A DNA stretch of 63,424 nucleotides from positions 1 through 63,424 of IMG/VR virus record IMGVR_UViG_3300013093_000002, one strand, 5' to 3'. Below the pieces are notes generated by a model. That model worked only from the letters and a program-made list of their open reading frames with translations. It was not told the DNA's origin and did no database searches. The translations under genes and the position numbers were made by a program. Source of the DNA: a virus. Lineage: Duplodnaviria > Caudoviricetes. Numbering within the stretch: the first letter of the stretch is position 1; each line of letters opens with the position of its first letter. Positions 38,201 through 47,996 of this stretch are shown piece after piece.

Positions 38201-40973
38201 ATTACAAGCTGCTATTGAGGGTAAACCAGCAACTTATGTTGACGCAGGTAAAGGTTTACTACAAAAAGTTAAACACTTCTCTATTATTACAGACTCTCCA
38301 GGACGTGAGCATGATGTAGAAGAATTATTATCATCACCTAATGCCATACTAGATAAACTTCCTGAGTTTGATAATACATTTAAAGATAAAGCACTAAATT
38401 GGTATTCTAAAGCAACAGAAGGCATGCGTAAGTATTGGTTAGGTGCATTAGAATTATCTAAATTACATATGTTGTATGGTAAAGAACTACCTTCTATTAA
38501 AACATTAGAAACAGCAGTTAAAGATAGAAATCATTTCCACGTAATAGAAAGAAAGCATATAGATAATCTTGCTAATAAAGGCATTATTGCTATCCAGAAA
38601 TATTCTAAACCTATTGTAGATAAATTTAATAATACTATACATGAATTATCTCGCTTAGATATTGATCCTAGAGACCCTAAAAATAAAGACCATGAGTTAG
38701 TAAAATCATTTAATTCTTTACCAGAAGAACTAAAATCTTTAGCTAAAGATATTGTTAATAGTTATGAAGATTATAGAAATAAATATGTAGACTTTGTAGC
38801 TAATGCAGTGCCAAGCAAGTCTATGCAGATTAGGAAAAAGTTTGAGTCCTCTCAAAAACCGTTTTATGTACCGTTATTACGTAGAGGTCAATACTGGTTG
38901 CAATATATGAATCCTAATGGTGAAATGACTTCTATTGCTAAAGATTCTCCTAGAGAAATAAATATGATTAAGGATGCCTTAGTAAAACAAGGTATGAATC
39001 CTAAAGATATTAAACTCTATTCTAAATTACAAGATATTAGTCATAGAACTGCGCCTCCATCAGGTTTTGTAGCCGACGTATTAAAGATTATGAAAGAAGG
39101 TGGTGCAACTGAGAAGTCAATGGATGATATGTACCATACCTATTTATCATTATTCCCAACAGAATCTATTAGACAATCATTTAATCAAAGACGTGGTGAC
39201 TTAGGATATATTCAAGATTTAGTTCAAGGCTATGCAAGGACAGCTCCTAAGATGGCTAGTCAATTAGCTAATTTAAAATATGCCCCAGAAATTGATAAAG
39301 CTTATTCTAATTTAAAAGAAGATTTTATTAAAAGTGGTGAGAATAAAGTAGCTTCAGATGTTATGCATGAACTTATGGAAAGACGTAAATTCATTGATAA
39401 TCCATCTGCTGAATGGTGGGCTTATCGTGCAAGCCAAGCTAACTTCTTAATGAGTATTGCAGGTAACATATCATCTGCATTAGTGAATACTACAGCTGTT
39501 CCTATGGTAGCTTTACAACATATTGCCGTAGATAAAAATGGTAATTATAATTATACTAGAGCTAGTGAGGCTATTGCTAAAGCTACTAAGATGTTCTTCC
39601 AAGGCGGATATGATGATAGCAAAGAGTATTTAGGTAAAATATATAGAATTAGGACATTTGGTGTTAATGACAAGTTATCTCCTGAATATAAAGATTTGCA
39701 TGATAAATTATTAAAAAGCGGTGTATTAACCTATAGTATTGGTCGAGAATTACATAGTATGGCTGAAGCACCATCTGACAAATACCAACTTTGGAAAGAT
39801 AAAGCTAATACATTATTAGGCCTTACATTTGAAGGTACAGAAAGATTTAATAGAGAAGTAACTGCATTAGCAGCATATGATGTTGCTCGTCAAGACGGAT
39901 ATACTCATGAGCAAGCTATACAAAAAGCTATTGACCTTACAGCTAGAGTTCATACGGAAGCTATACCAGAAGCAGGTCCACGTTGGTTACAGGGTCAAGG
40001 TGCTATTGGTGGACTACAAAAAATTGCATTAACATTTAAACGCTTTACATTAGCACAGATTCTTAATATGGGTATGTTGTCTAGAGATATGTTTAAAGAT
40101 GCTAAAACTGCTGATGAACTTATGGCTAAAAAGATTGCAGTTAAACAATTATTAGGTATCTTAGGTGCTACTTATATGTTTGCAGGATTACAAGGATTAC
40201 CTGGTTATGGTCTAGTAAACGCAGCAGCAAACTTCTTTGGTAGCGATTCTGATGAACCGTTTGATCTTGATGAATATATTAGAAATGCTTATGGTGATAT
40301 TGGCTTAACAGGTCCAATCAATGCAGCTACAGGTATTGATATAGCTTCTAGAACTGGTTTCAATGGAGCATTGTGGAGAGAAGATAAGAAACGTTTAGCT
40401 GATGTAGGTTATGTTGCATATGCTATGGAAAACCTAATGGGTCCTACTTTCTCTAATTTAGAGAATATGGAAAAAGGTGTTAAGCAAATGACAGAAGGTC
40501 AGTATGAACGCGGTCTAGAAAAGATGGTACCTTCTCCAGTAAGAAATGTTATGAAAGCTTTTAGGTTCTCTGCTGAAGGTGCGTTAAATCCTAATGGTGC
40601 TCCAGTAATTGATAACGTAAGTGATTGGAATAAGTTTATGCAAGTATTTGGCTTTAGTGATGCAGAACTTACAGAACAATATGCTAGATCAAGTGCTATG
40701 AAATCAATGGAGAAAACTATCTTAGATAGAAGGAAAGCATTATTAGATTCAATGTTCCTAGCATTAAGTAATGGTGATGAAAGTGCTCAAACTAGTGTAA
40801 CAGAATTAATTAGTAAGTTTAATGAGAAACACCCAGAGATTGCTATTACTGCTCAAACAATACAGTCATCTTATAAAAATAGAGAACGTGCAATTAATGA
40901 AAGTGTAGGCGGTGTACACTTTAATAGAAAACTATTACCTGAACTTCAAGAGATGTATAAAGAAGAAGAGTAA
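35250..40973 (+). CDS. Giant internal virion (polyvalent) protein with zincin and PLxRFG-like domains
   Basis: 1907 aa; LLHEGIH...HEFVAEA; YVPLLRRGQY; last gene of the late arm. Confidence 0.8.
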   Translation: MPKINVQGYGPVNFPDDMSQEQIANVIENEYIPHMKQHIAKEGFIPGVKAGLQSGLGNVETFLGENLGMPSLSEAGKQNKAEAATKYEEPYAGETAAAFQRGILPGVGTAISNVTGPVGNILGTFGPTALTGVAAAPLLPEELAGLTLSTATRRAIGTTVANGFEEAGQNIDKQKDLHPDQKVNLLAADLTGLIQGAIDTIGVPGLGKLSNKLAPQLENQATKLSKQIVDGEITHAEAAKSLSSKWTEYLGSTASNFASGAGMMTADEALRRAQAGEDVTSPEALESYKHDIGSALLMSPVFGAYHVLTGSGRGEANRKLDEAQATKTAKDQAIADAQAKREMDIKTGVMQQQPMFTEEQAPSPAGPPAPEAQGPSTLTQAEPDQINKVEQLQKQQEAEAAGQQSLFDEKGKPTPEIEQEQAKSRVQQNQEKVNTLLATPEGTKQVIDNIKDYFFDYTKADQNKIRTQLQQRMKAFTLKDEDVLSQKQKEYEQLFSVIEPVPEHELTSQKLQEAGIKGSLAAQLKDKSLKDPAVYNKVADVANDLKNTNASAAAKLLDGIQAPEGVKNVKRTKSATAGESDAVSLKSEDETDTGTSRDIKSTMGFNRVDNGRALEGAKDVNAALKEAKIYETKDESGQEYLGLGEKKEEVAKEEKAAKTPEEIKQAELDRKALLEREQKLSKKLHKAGEEASDIYASQKEGEENKNLDLSTTTPAELTEGSTFQRKFKNAKTLGDALKTLKKMPISKGQQALANLLLNTKNISDVAFETAKHPQPKDIRKKGPKTYIGEFTGEKRTMGEEASKKLINYEKFTGEYDSSENKARLYQSGNAESLLHEGIHAATAHEIDKHIDHVPDPRGAAYGVTPVAKPNSVIGKRWVRMFNAAKEAAKNRNEDYYGLDDIHEFVAEALNPHDNKFRQLLKNTAPTSKAKPRGRLPSLFTEFIQNIMDLLGVPQKYESLFHEILDHSSELFKGPDLSIDKDVAKLQAAIEGKPATYVDAGKGLLQKVKHFSIITDSPGREHDVEELLSSPNAILDKLPEFDNTFKDKALNWYSKATEGMRKYWLGALELSKLHMLYGKELPSIKTLETAVKDRNHFHVIERKHIDNLANKGIIAIQKYSKPIVDKFNNTIHELSRLDIDPRDPKNKDHELVKSFNSLPEELKSLAKDIVNSYEDYRNKYVDFVANAVPSKSMQIRKKFESSQKPFYVPLLRRGQYWLQYMNPNGEMTSIAKDSPREINMIKDALVKQGMNPKDIKLYSKLQDISHRTAPPSGFVADVLKIMKEGGATEKSMDDMYHTYLSLFPTESIRQSFNQRRGDLGYIQDLVQGYARTAPKMASQLANLKYAPEIDKAYSNLKEDFIKSGENKVASDVMHELMERRKFIDNPSAEWWAYRASQANFLMSIAGNISSALVNTTAVPMVALQHIAVDKNGNYNYTRASEAIAKATKMFFQGGYDDSKEYLGKIYRIRTFGVNDKLSPEYKDLHDKLLKSGVLTYSIGRELHSMAEAPSDKYQLWKDKANTLLGLTFEGTERFNREVTALAAYDVARQDGYTHEQAIQKAIDLTARVHTEAIPEAGPRWLQGQGAIGGLQKIALTFKRFTLAQILNMGMLSRDMFKDAKTADELMAKKIAVKQLLGILGATYMFAGLQGLPGYGLVNAAANFFGSDSDEPFDLDEYIRNAYGDIGLTGPINAATGIDIASRTGFNGALWREDKKRLADVGYVAYAMENLMGPTFSNLENMEKGVKQMTEGQYERGLEKMVPSPVRNVMKAFRFSAEGALNPNGAPVIDNVSDWNKFMQVFGFSDAELTEQYARSSAMKSMEKTILDRRKALLDSMFLALSNGDESAQTSVTELISKFNEKHPEIAITAQTIQSSYKNRERAINESVGGVHFNRKLLPELQEMYKEEE

Positions 40974-41174
40974 TTATTTAACTCGCCAAACTCTTACGCC
41001 TAAGCACCCTTCTTTCATACATACAAAACATTTAACTCTTATCTCTGCACGTTTAGCCCCTGTTTCTACGGCATAAATTAATGGTGCAGTTTTGAGAGTG
41101 GGGACAAAGAAGCTATCCCCGACACTCATACCCTCAAATGGAAACACCCATTCTATTTCATCATGCAGTTTCAG
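40974..41174 (-). CDS. Small conserved phage protein (66 aa), probable CTG start, absent from the ORF track
   Basis: EIEWVFPFEGMSVGDSFFVP...GCLGVRVWRVK; AAGGA 7 nt before CTG; in-frame stop five codons upstream. Confidence 0.75.
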   Translation of the reverse strand: MKLHDEIEWVFPFEGMSVGDSFFVPTLKTAPLIYAVETGAKRAEIRVKCFVCMKEGCLGVRVWRVK

Positions 41175-44037
41175 ATGCGATTCCTTTTAGCGTGTCGCCA
41201 GAGAACTTATCGCTAGGGAATACATAGGCTTCAACATTAACTTGAGCTGTAGCATCTTTCCAACCAGCACCCATCTTCTTACGCTTCTCTATAACTTCAA
41301 TACCTTTTTGTTTCATCTTGTAGACAAACTCTCTTGTGCTTACTTGTCTATCAATTAAGAACTTTCTAAATTCAGGTTTTGATATATAGATCAACTTGCT
41401 TGCGGCTTCTACACGAATAACTAATGATGTTCTAGGTTCCATGCAATGTTTGTTATCTTCGTTAAATGCAAGAATACCTGTTTGATTTAAGTTAATAAAC
41501 TCACCAATGATAGACTCATAATCCACGCTATTAACCTTAACTACATTATCTCTAATATTAATCATTTCATGTACAATGTGGTTATAAACTCTATCTAAGT
41601 CGTAGTTTACAATACCTTCTTTAACTGCTATTTCTCCCGCAGTCATGGCAGCTGCAATTAAATTCTCATAGAACCGATAAGCTGTATCTTCACCAAAGTC
41701 CTTTTTGAATCTAATTATCCAGTTATTCATCATGGCAGATATATCAGCATAGTGGTATCCAAATAATACTTTAATAAAATCAGGACCAGCCCAACCATAG
41801 TTATATCTAAATATATCAAATATCTCTTTACCTAACTGAGCATCTGATTTAAATACTTTAGGTTTTCTAACACTAAACTCAATAAGTCTTGCTACTTCAC
41901 CATTAGGGTCTTTCTTAATAGTAGTTAACTTATCATATAATGAATGGTTAGATGTAAAGATTGCAATCAATGATGCTGACATCTCATGGTCTCTTTCCGC
42001 ATTTACAGATGCCTGCATACGTATTTTAGATTTACCTTGTGATATCTTATGAATTAACTGTGATAAGTCTTTAGGTAATATGTTACCTACTTCATCTAAT
42101 CCGAATGGTAAGTTATGTAATCCAAGATAGCGTCCAGTCATACCGTTAGCCGTAGCTTCTAATACTGATAGGTCTTTAGGATTACCCCATACTGATAGTG
42201 ATGAATATAACGCACCTGTCTTAGCTGCACCTGATTCACCTGTTAAAGATATAGTTACACCTGATGTAGAAGTCTGATCCATAAGTACTGAACCAAAACC
42301 ACATAGTAATGTAAATGCATGTAACTCTAATCCTTCCATATTTAATTTGTTAGCTGACTCTTTCCATGCTTCGTATGTTCCAAGCTGTGTCAAATGTTTT
42401 GCAATACCCTTACATAGAGGCGATGTAGGTGAAGATAATATTCTGCCATCTTTTGTTATCTCTCTATCTCCTACTACAAACGCATCATGGTCAGGTGTCC
42501 AACCCATTTGCATACGCATAATTTCAGCCGATTGTTTTGCTACTAAATACTTACCCCAATTTATAATATAACTCACTAAATGTCCTCCTTGTTTTGTTGT
42601 AGGGTCATAATATATCCCTACGCTTGATATGATTTCTTTAAATTTTTCTGTTGCATAAACATGTTTCATTGGTAATATAAACTCTCTATCAGCATCGTTA
42701 GGAAGTATTGCAACCATTAATAAACATTCACCATCAACCGTACTAAAGATTCGTTTAACAGGCCATAGGTCATATGGCGATACTAAGACTGGTGGTTTTG
42801 CTGGTAATGGGTTGCCATCATCGTCAAACGTTGTTGGTGGTTGGTAGTATATACCGCCATTGACTCCGTATTTATAAGGTTCTAGCTCTTTAGGTAACCC
42901 AGTTAATTTACGTCTAACAGGTGCAAATCCTGATGTGCTAGGTATTATTTCGTTATTAGTTTGATGCTCTACATAAGGTGCTAGTTTAAATACTTTACCT
43001 AAAGCTAACGGGTTTGTTATCTTACCCCTGCTAGGACACTTATCACATATACCAGGATTAACATTATTAAATGTTTCGCATGAATGTGGTTTACCTTGTG
43101 TAGCCTGTGCCTTTTTAATAGTAGCTTCTCTATTGTAGCCAGGGTGTTCATCTGACATCTTATGAATAGCTTCTTCACCATCAATACAATGTTGAGCTAT
43201 AGATAATCCTGAATACCAAATAGGTTCTGATAAAGTTTTAGCATTCTCTAATATATATTTAATCTGACCGCAACCATCAGTTCTACCTTCTTCTAAACTT
43301 TTGAGTGCAAGTATTTCAAACTTAGCTTCAAAGTTATCAGTCTTATACATTGTCTTTTCTTCATCTGTTAAACCCTTTTGAGCTTGTTGAAGTATAGACT
43401 CTAATGATTGATTGACTTCTATTTCACCTAAGAATTGTTTAAACTCATCAAAGTTATATACAGGTAATTCTTCTTGACGGTATACATATGTTCTACTAGG
43501 TGGGTCTGATTTATAATTAAATGTATCAGGTGCTCGTAAGATACGAGCTACGTCCGCAGTAACTACTGGGTCAATCTTTAAGTTATTATCTAAGCAATAG
43601 TTTTTAAACTTCTCAGCATAAGGCTTCCACTCATGTATAGGAATATCTTTATCAAACATCCAGTATGCATGAATCCCATTACCTGAATCAATTACAACAG
43701 GTGGAGGAAGTTGTGCTTTCTTTATAAATACGTCTAATTCAATAAGCGCATCTGATTTAGATTTATATTCTTTTGATTCACCCACATCTAGGTCTAAAAA
43801 GAATGACCTCGCAAATATAGCATCATCTGCTTTACGGCTATGTCCGTTGAATGAACTTAATGCTACAAAGATATTAACCTTGTTCTTTGCTAATTGGTTA
43901 ATAGTATCTTCAATATCGTCAAGTGATTCTACAAACTTATGTCTTGTTCTTTTATCGCCTGTTGGTTCTATTGTAGCAATACAATAAACACCTTGTGATG
44001 GTAGTGCTTTTTTATAAAATTCTTTTATCACATCCAT
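41161..44037 (-). CDS. Primase-helicase (RepB-like primase, Cys cluster, DUF927/Cch-like ATPase)
   Basis: FFLDLD, DSGNGIHAYW, DVARILRAP; C...CDKC; Walker A GESGAAKT and Walker B LDE. Confidence 0.88.
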   Translation of the reverse strand: MDVIKEFYKKALPSQGVYCIATIEPTGDKRTRHKFVESLDDIEDTINQLAKNKVNIFVALSSFNGHSRKADDAIFARSFFLDLDVGESKEYKSKSDALIELDVFIKKAQLPPPVVIDSGNGIHAYWMFDKDIPIHEWKPYAEKFKNYCLDNNLKIDPVVTADVARILRAPDTFNYKSDPPSRTYVYRQEELPVYNFDEFKQFLGEIEVNQSLESILQQAQKGLTDEEKTMYKTDNFEAKFEILALKSLEEGRTDGCGQIKYILENAKTLSEPIWYSGLSIAQHCIDGEEAIHKMSDEHPGYNREATIKKAQATQGKPHSCETFNNVNPGICDKCPSRGKITNPLALGKVFKLAPYVEHQTNNEIIPSTSGFAPVRRKLTGLPKELEPYKYGVNGGIYYQPPTTFDDDGNPLPAKPPVLVSPYDLWPVKRIFSTVDGECLLMVAILPNDADREFILPMKHVYATEKFKEIISSVGIYYDPTTKQGGHLVSYIINWGKYLVAKQSAEIMRMQMGWTPDHDAFVVGDREITKDGRILSSPTSPLCKGIAKHLTQLGTYEAWKESANKLNMEGLELHAFTLLCGFGSVLMDQTSTSGVTISLTGESGAAKTGALYSSLSVWGNPKDLSVLEATANGMTGRYLGLHNLPFGLDEVGNILPKDLSQLIHKISQGKSKIRMQASVNAERDHEMSASLIAIFTSNHSLYDKLTTIKKDPNGEVARLIEFSVRKPKVFKSDAQLGKEIFDIFRYNYGWAGPDFIKVLFGYHYADISAMMNNWIIRFKKDFGEDTAYRFYENLIAAAMTAGEIAVKEGIVNYDLDRVYNHIVHEMINIRDNVVKVNSVDYESIIGEFINLNQTGILAFNEDNKHCMEPRTSLVIRVEAASKLIYISKPEFRKFLIDRQVSTREFVYKMKQKGIEVIEKRKKMGAGWKDATAQVNVEAYVFPSDKFSGDTLKGIASETA

Positions 44038-44330
44038 ATCCCATCTAAATATTCTTTTGCCTGTTTTAAAGTTTGGGCGGGCAATTCACCAGTATCTAAA
44101 CTTTTTTCAATTTCAGATATTAAACCTTTTATTTGTTCTCTATGAGCAGGTCTTATTTTCCCGCCTCTAAACCAACTATATACACTTCTTGTATCTACTC
44201 CAAATTTATCTGCAACATAAAGTGAAGGAAGGTTAGCCTTAACACATAACTTGGCTAACCTTACCCCTACCGACCTAGACTCTGTCTTTGTTAAAGAGAT
44301 TAGGAACTGTTCACTATATGGTCTTGCCAT
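44028..44330 (-). CDS. Helix-turn-helix DNA-binding protein
   Basis: VADKFGVDTRSVYSWFRG. Confidence 0.75.
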   Translation of the reverse strand: MARPYSEQFLISLTKTESRSVGVRLAKLCVKANLPSLYVADKFGVDTRSVYSWFRGGKIRPAHREQIKGLISEIEKSLDTGELPAQTLKQAKEYLDGIWM

Positions 44331-45232
44331 TAAGTTTTAGTAGACCACTTCTTAACAATATCACTAACATCATTTACCTTTTGTGTAGGTGCTGAGTTAG
44401 CATTTTGTAATACAGGTTCTTCAATAGCTACATCAGTTACAGGTTGTGCTGTCTGTGCTTGCGTTACAGTAGCTGTTACCACAGGTTGTGCAGGTGTAAA
44501 CTCTTCGCCTTCTTCACTACCTTGATATACAGTTAACTTAACTGCTTGTTCCGCCGCAGGAGATTTAGCTTGACGTTGTAGAATTTCCATTTCATCTACA
44601 GATACTGCCGCTGCGGGAGAGAATAATAACTTAGGCGATTCTGATTTAGTATCAAACTGCATCTTAGTTACAACTCTACCTGCACTAATATTATTATTAG
44701 CAAGCATTTGAATGTATGGTCTGAATGGCCATTTACCTGTTTCTTCTTTACCGAAACATGACTTAGCTGGTATAACTAACTGCATAACGTCACCACTTGG
44801 GTCATTAGGTAATACAACTGCTGTTCTCCATGATAGACGGCAAGCTGCGCCTGTGCCTGTAGCCCCTGAGCCTTTAGCACTAAACTGACATGTTTCACAT
44901 GCTGATGATTGTGGTGTCTTTACTTCTTTATCAGGTGTTCTTGAATCTGATGACCAGCATGTAGGAACAGTCTTTTCACCTTCTTTATAGTTAGCAGAAT
45001 AAAACATTCTAGATGCGTTATGTGCCATCTTTACAAAGATAACATTCATATATCTATCTTCAATAGCACTAACTTCTTTACCACCTACATACTTACGGAA
45101 TACACCGCCTTTGATTGAGATTCTCTTAGTAGCATTTTGCGAATTACCTGCAACGGCTCTAGTATCATCGTCAAGTCCTGTTTGAATAATCTGAGGATTA
45201 TTCTGTAAAATATTCATTAACTCATTACTCAT
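44330..45232 (-). CDS. Putative ssDNA-binding / annealing protein
   Basis: RISIKGGVFR...PTCWS.D...CETC...GS...ACR with an acidic disordered tail; replication-module position. Confidence 0.55.
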   Translation of the reverse strand: MSNELMNILQNNPQIIQTGLDDDTRAVAGNSQNATKRISIKGGVFRKYVGGKEVSAIEDRYMNVIFVKMAHNASRMFYSANYKEGEKTVPTCWSSDSRTPDKEVKTPQSSACETCQFSAKGSGATGTGAACRLSWRTAVVLPNDPSGDVMQLVIPAKSCFGKEETGKWPFRPYIQMLANNNISAGRVVTKMQFDTKSESPKLLFSPAAAVSVDEMEILQRQAKSPAAEQAVKLTVYQGSEEGEEFTPAQPVVTATVTQAQTAQPVTDVAIEEPVLQNANSAPTQKVNDVSDIVKKWSTKT

Positions 45233-45246
45233 ATACTTCTCCTTGA

Positions 45247-45654
45247 TTAAGTTTTAGTAGGCTTTTTAACAGTAATAGTAAACTTTCTCATAGTACTAAT
45301 TCCTGGTGGTAAGCCTTCTTCTTTGCGACTATTAACAAACTCTTTAAAATTGCCTTGATGTATGCGTTGTTGCAATAACTCTATGGCTTGATTCTCCATA
45401 ATAAACTCTTTAAAGTTATTCCAATCTCCACACACATAATCTTCTTTTAAAGATTTAACTATCGTTCCGCTTTCAGTACGAATACTTTCCGCTTGTATTT
45501 CATTGCAAGCACTTAATAGCACTTGTTCTAACGCATCTAACTCCAATACTAATTCAGCATCTCTTGCTTCAAAGTCCCGTGTTATCTTTTCACGTTCACT
45601 TCTTATTGTCAAGTATGTCTGAACTAGTTCGTCTAGTTTTAGGTCTCCCGACAT
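45247..45654 (-). CDS. Conserved replication-module protein
   Basis: LV..Y..IR coil...SIRT..GT...DW..F..FI...LL..RI...LPPG. Confidence 0.7.
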   Translation of the reverse strand: MSGDLKLDELVQTYLTIRSEREKITRDFEARDAELVLELDALEQVLLSACNEIQAESIRTESGTIVKSLKEDYVCGDWNNFKEFIMENQAIELLQQRIHQGNFKEFVNSRKEEGLPPGISTMRKFTITVKKPTKT

Positions 45655-46057
45655 TTTTAGTTCCCCTTTTCTTTATTATTCTTCCTGATTTAGTTCTTGC
45701 TACACCTTCTATTCGTTTCCTACCACGTTTCTTTTTAGGTGCCATAGGTTCTCTGCCTAATTTAATTAACGCATCAAACTTAACTTCACCTAATTCGTTT
45801 TTAATTACTTTTTCTAGTGTATCATCATGTATTCCTAAAAGCAACATAGCGATTTGTTTTGTAGGAGTATCCTCATAAAATAACCATTTCACCGCAGCTT
45901 TCTTTTCTTCTTTGTTTTTTGAATACACCATATCACTAATAGCTGACGCAAATATATTAATCATAAGTTTACCCTCTGGAGTGAAGGCATACCTAGACCA
46001 ATTCATTTTTATATTGAATAGGCTTTCTTTCTTAGCAGTATTTCTTTTACGAGGCAT
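45596..46057 (-). CDS. Hypothetical protein with very basic, AT-hook-like tail
   Basis: KKKRGRKR and VGRPKTRR segments. Confidence 0.65.
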   Translation of the reverse strand: MPRKRNTAKKESLFNIKMNWSRYAFTPEGKLMINIFASAISDMVYSKNKEEKKAAVKWLFYEDTPTKQIAMLLLGIHDDTLEKVIKNELGEVKFDALIKLGREPMAPKKKRGRKRIEGVARTKSGRIIKKRGTKNVGRPKTRRTSSDILDNKK

Positions 46058-47615
46058 CTATTTCTTCTTTATATAAGTCAACGAGTTTAGTGTGTAAGTC
46101 AATCTTACCTTGCAACATCTTATACATCTTACGTTCAATATCTGAACCTTGTAAATGAACGACTGTCATTTTATGTTGTTGTCCATATCTATCCATACGG
46201 GCTATACATTGTAAATAAGTTTCTACACCCATAACTGGAGACCAGAATACTACAACATTTGCTCTAGTCAGCGTCACTCCGTGCGAAGCTGATTGTGGTT
46301 GAATAATTAAAACTCTAGGTTCATCCATTGTTTGAAACCTACTAATGATGCTTGCTCTGTCTGTTGCTGATACTGCACCGTTAATAATTTCATTAGATAT
46401 ATTATTCTTTGATAAGTGTTTAGATACCAATTCAATCGTATGTTTATAAGGCACAAACACAATAACTTTCTGTTCAGTTTCATCAATAACTTCATCTAAC
46501 GCTGATAGACGCGGTGACACATCAAACTGAACTACTTCTTTTGTATCGGTATATACTGCACCACCTGATATCTGTAATAGTTTATTTAAGTTGGCTGCTG
46601 CATTTACTGCCGTAATCTGTTCACCCGCAGCTTGAATTAGCATTTCATTCTTTAGGGCTTTGTAATACTTTTCAACTTGAGGTGTCAATGGTATATCTCT
46701 TGTTTGATACATGACATCAGGTAAATCTAAGCATTCATCTTTTGAAAACCTAATAGCAGGTTGTAGAGCTTTGAACACATCGTCTTTCGCTGATGTGCGA
46801 GGTATCCACTTAAATCTAGATTGTTGAAACATAACCTTATCACGCCAAGCTGCTGAAAATTTAGGCACTCTTTGTGGACTTACTAACTTAGCTAGACCAT
46901 ATGCATCAACAGGTGATTGCGATGCGGGAGTTCCTGTAAGCATCCAAAGACGAGTCTCAGGTCTTAATATTTTAGCTAGGGTTTTCCAACGAGCCGTACT
47001 TGGTGTTTTATAAGCGTTAGCTTCATCAATAACAATTAAATCAAACTTAGATGATTCAATAGCTTCACGAACTACACCTACACCATCGTAGTTAATAATA
47101 ACTATTTCATATTCACCCTTAATAATCTTTTCTCTTTTATCTGCCGTTCCATGTGCAACCCCGATAGTTCTATGCATAGCTGTATTAAATACATCAGCCT
47201 GCCAAGCAGAATACATAATAGATAACGGACATATAATTAAAACGCGTTTAACTTCTTTCTGTGTCATTAGATAATCTATAGCCCAAATGACTGATGATGT
47301 TTTGCCTGTGCCTGCTTCGTTAAAACAAAAGGCTCTTTGATGTATGCTTAAAAATTCAGCAGTTGTTCGTTGATGTGCGAAGGGTTTATACAATCCTGGC
47401 CAATTATAATCTCGTACAATAGGCGAAGGTAAGTTCTTACGGAATGCAATTAACTGATTAAGGCGTGTCATTTCTTGGACACCCCAATAGACCATGACTT
47501 CTGCTAGGTTGCCTTTACGTTCAACAACTTCGCTTTTCTCAATGTTATCTGTAATGTGCGGAACAATATGTTCAGGCACAGTTAATTTAATAGCCGTGTT
47601 TTGTATAATTTCCAT
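46047..47615 (-). CDS. SNF2-family helicase
   Basis: EAGTGKT, IIDEA, LTGTP, HGVTL, QCIARMDRYGQ. Confidence 0.93.
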   Translation of the reverse strand: MEIIQNTAIKLTVPEHIVPHITDNIEKSEVVERKGNLAEVMVYWGVQEMTRLNQLIAFRKNLPSPIVRDYNWPGLYKPFAHQRTTAEFLSIHQRAFCFNEAGTGKTSSVIWAIDYLMTQKEVKRVLIICPLSIMYSAWQADVFNTAMHRTIGVAHGTADKREKIIKGEYEIVIINYDGVGVVREAIESSKFDLIVIDEANAYKTPSTARWKTLAKILRPETRLWMLTGTPASQSPVDAYGLAKLVSPQRVPKFSAAWRDKVMFQQSRFKWIPRTSAKDDVFKALQPAIRFSKDECLDLPDVMYQTRDIPLTPQVEKYYKALKNEMLIQAAGEQITAVNAAANLNKLLQISGGAVYTDTKEVVQFDVSPRLSALDEVIDETEQKVIVFVPYKHTIELVSKHLSKNNISNEIINGAVSATDRASIISRFQTMDEPRVLIIQPQSASHGVTLTRANVVVFWSPVMGVETYLQCIARMDRYGQQHKMTVVHLQGSDIERKMYKMLQGKIDLHTKLVDLYKEEIDAS

Positions 47616-47620
47616 ATAGC

Positions 47621-47649
47621 TATTCTAGACTAACTAGAATAAATGTCAA
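47621..47649 (-). promoter_or_regulatory. Promoter with embedded inverted repeat; probably leaderless helicase mRNA
   Basis: TTGACA-16 nt-TAGAAT; TATTCTAG-N5-CTAGAATA at 47621-47641; the ATG lies 7 nt after the -10 box. Confidence 0.55.
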
Positions 47650-47982
47650 CTATTTTTTCTTTGGTTTGGAAGTTTTTTTACGTTCTTTCGTGCTTATTTC
47701 TGACACTAAGTTTCCTTTAGAGTCACGCTTGAAAGACCTATTTGCGGAAGCACTTTGAATGAAGACACCGTTCTTGTTAGAACCGCCTTTATCTAATGCC
47801 TTTTTATGAGCTACATCTTTTCCTTCTCTTGCATCTGCCTTGCCGTTATTATTACGGTCAGGTAATTTTTTATCTAAAGCACGTCTAGCACGTTGTCTTT
47901 CTGCACGACGAGGTTCTTCATCGCGAGCAAGCTGTTGCTGATATTCTTTCTTATATGGACGTGGTTTATTTACGTAAGGCAT
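47650..47982 (-). CDS. Small HNH-like protein
   Basis: GKDVAHKK.L..GGSN......S.SANRS. Confidence 0.65.
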   Translation of the reverse strand: MPYVNKPRPYKKEYQQQLARDEEPRRAERQRARRALDKKLPDRNNNGKADAREGKDVAHKKALDKGGSNKNGVFIQSASANRSFKRDSKGNLVSEISTKERKKTSKPKKK

Positions 47983-47996
47983 GTGCGTATTATACC

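Noticed and set aside
35250-40973. Giant protein as an N4-like virion RNA polymerase reading the palindromes as hairpin promoters
   Set aside because: No RNA polymerase motifs were recognised, the protein is much shorter than N4 vRNAP, and early genes already have consensus sigma70 promoters.
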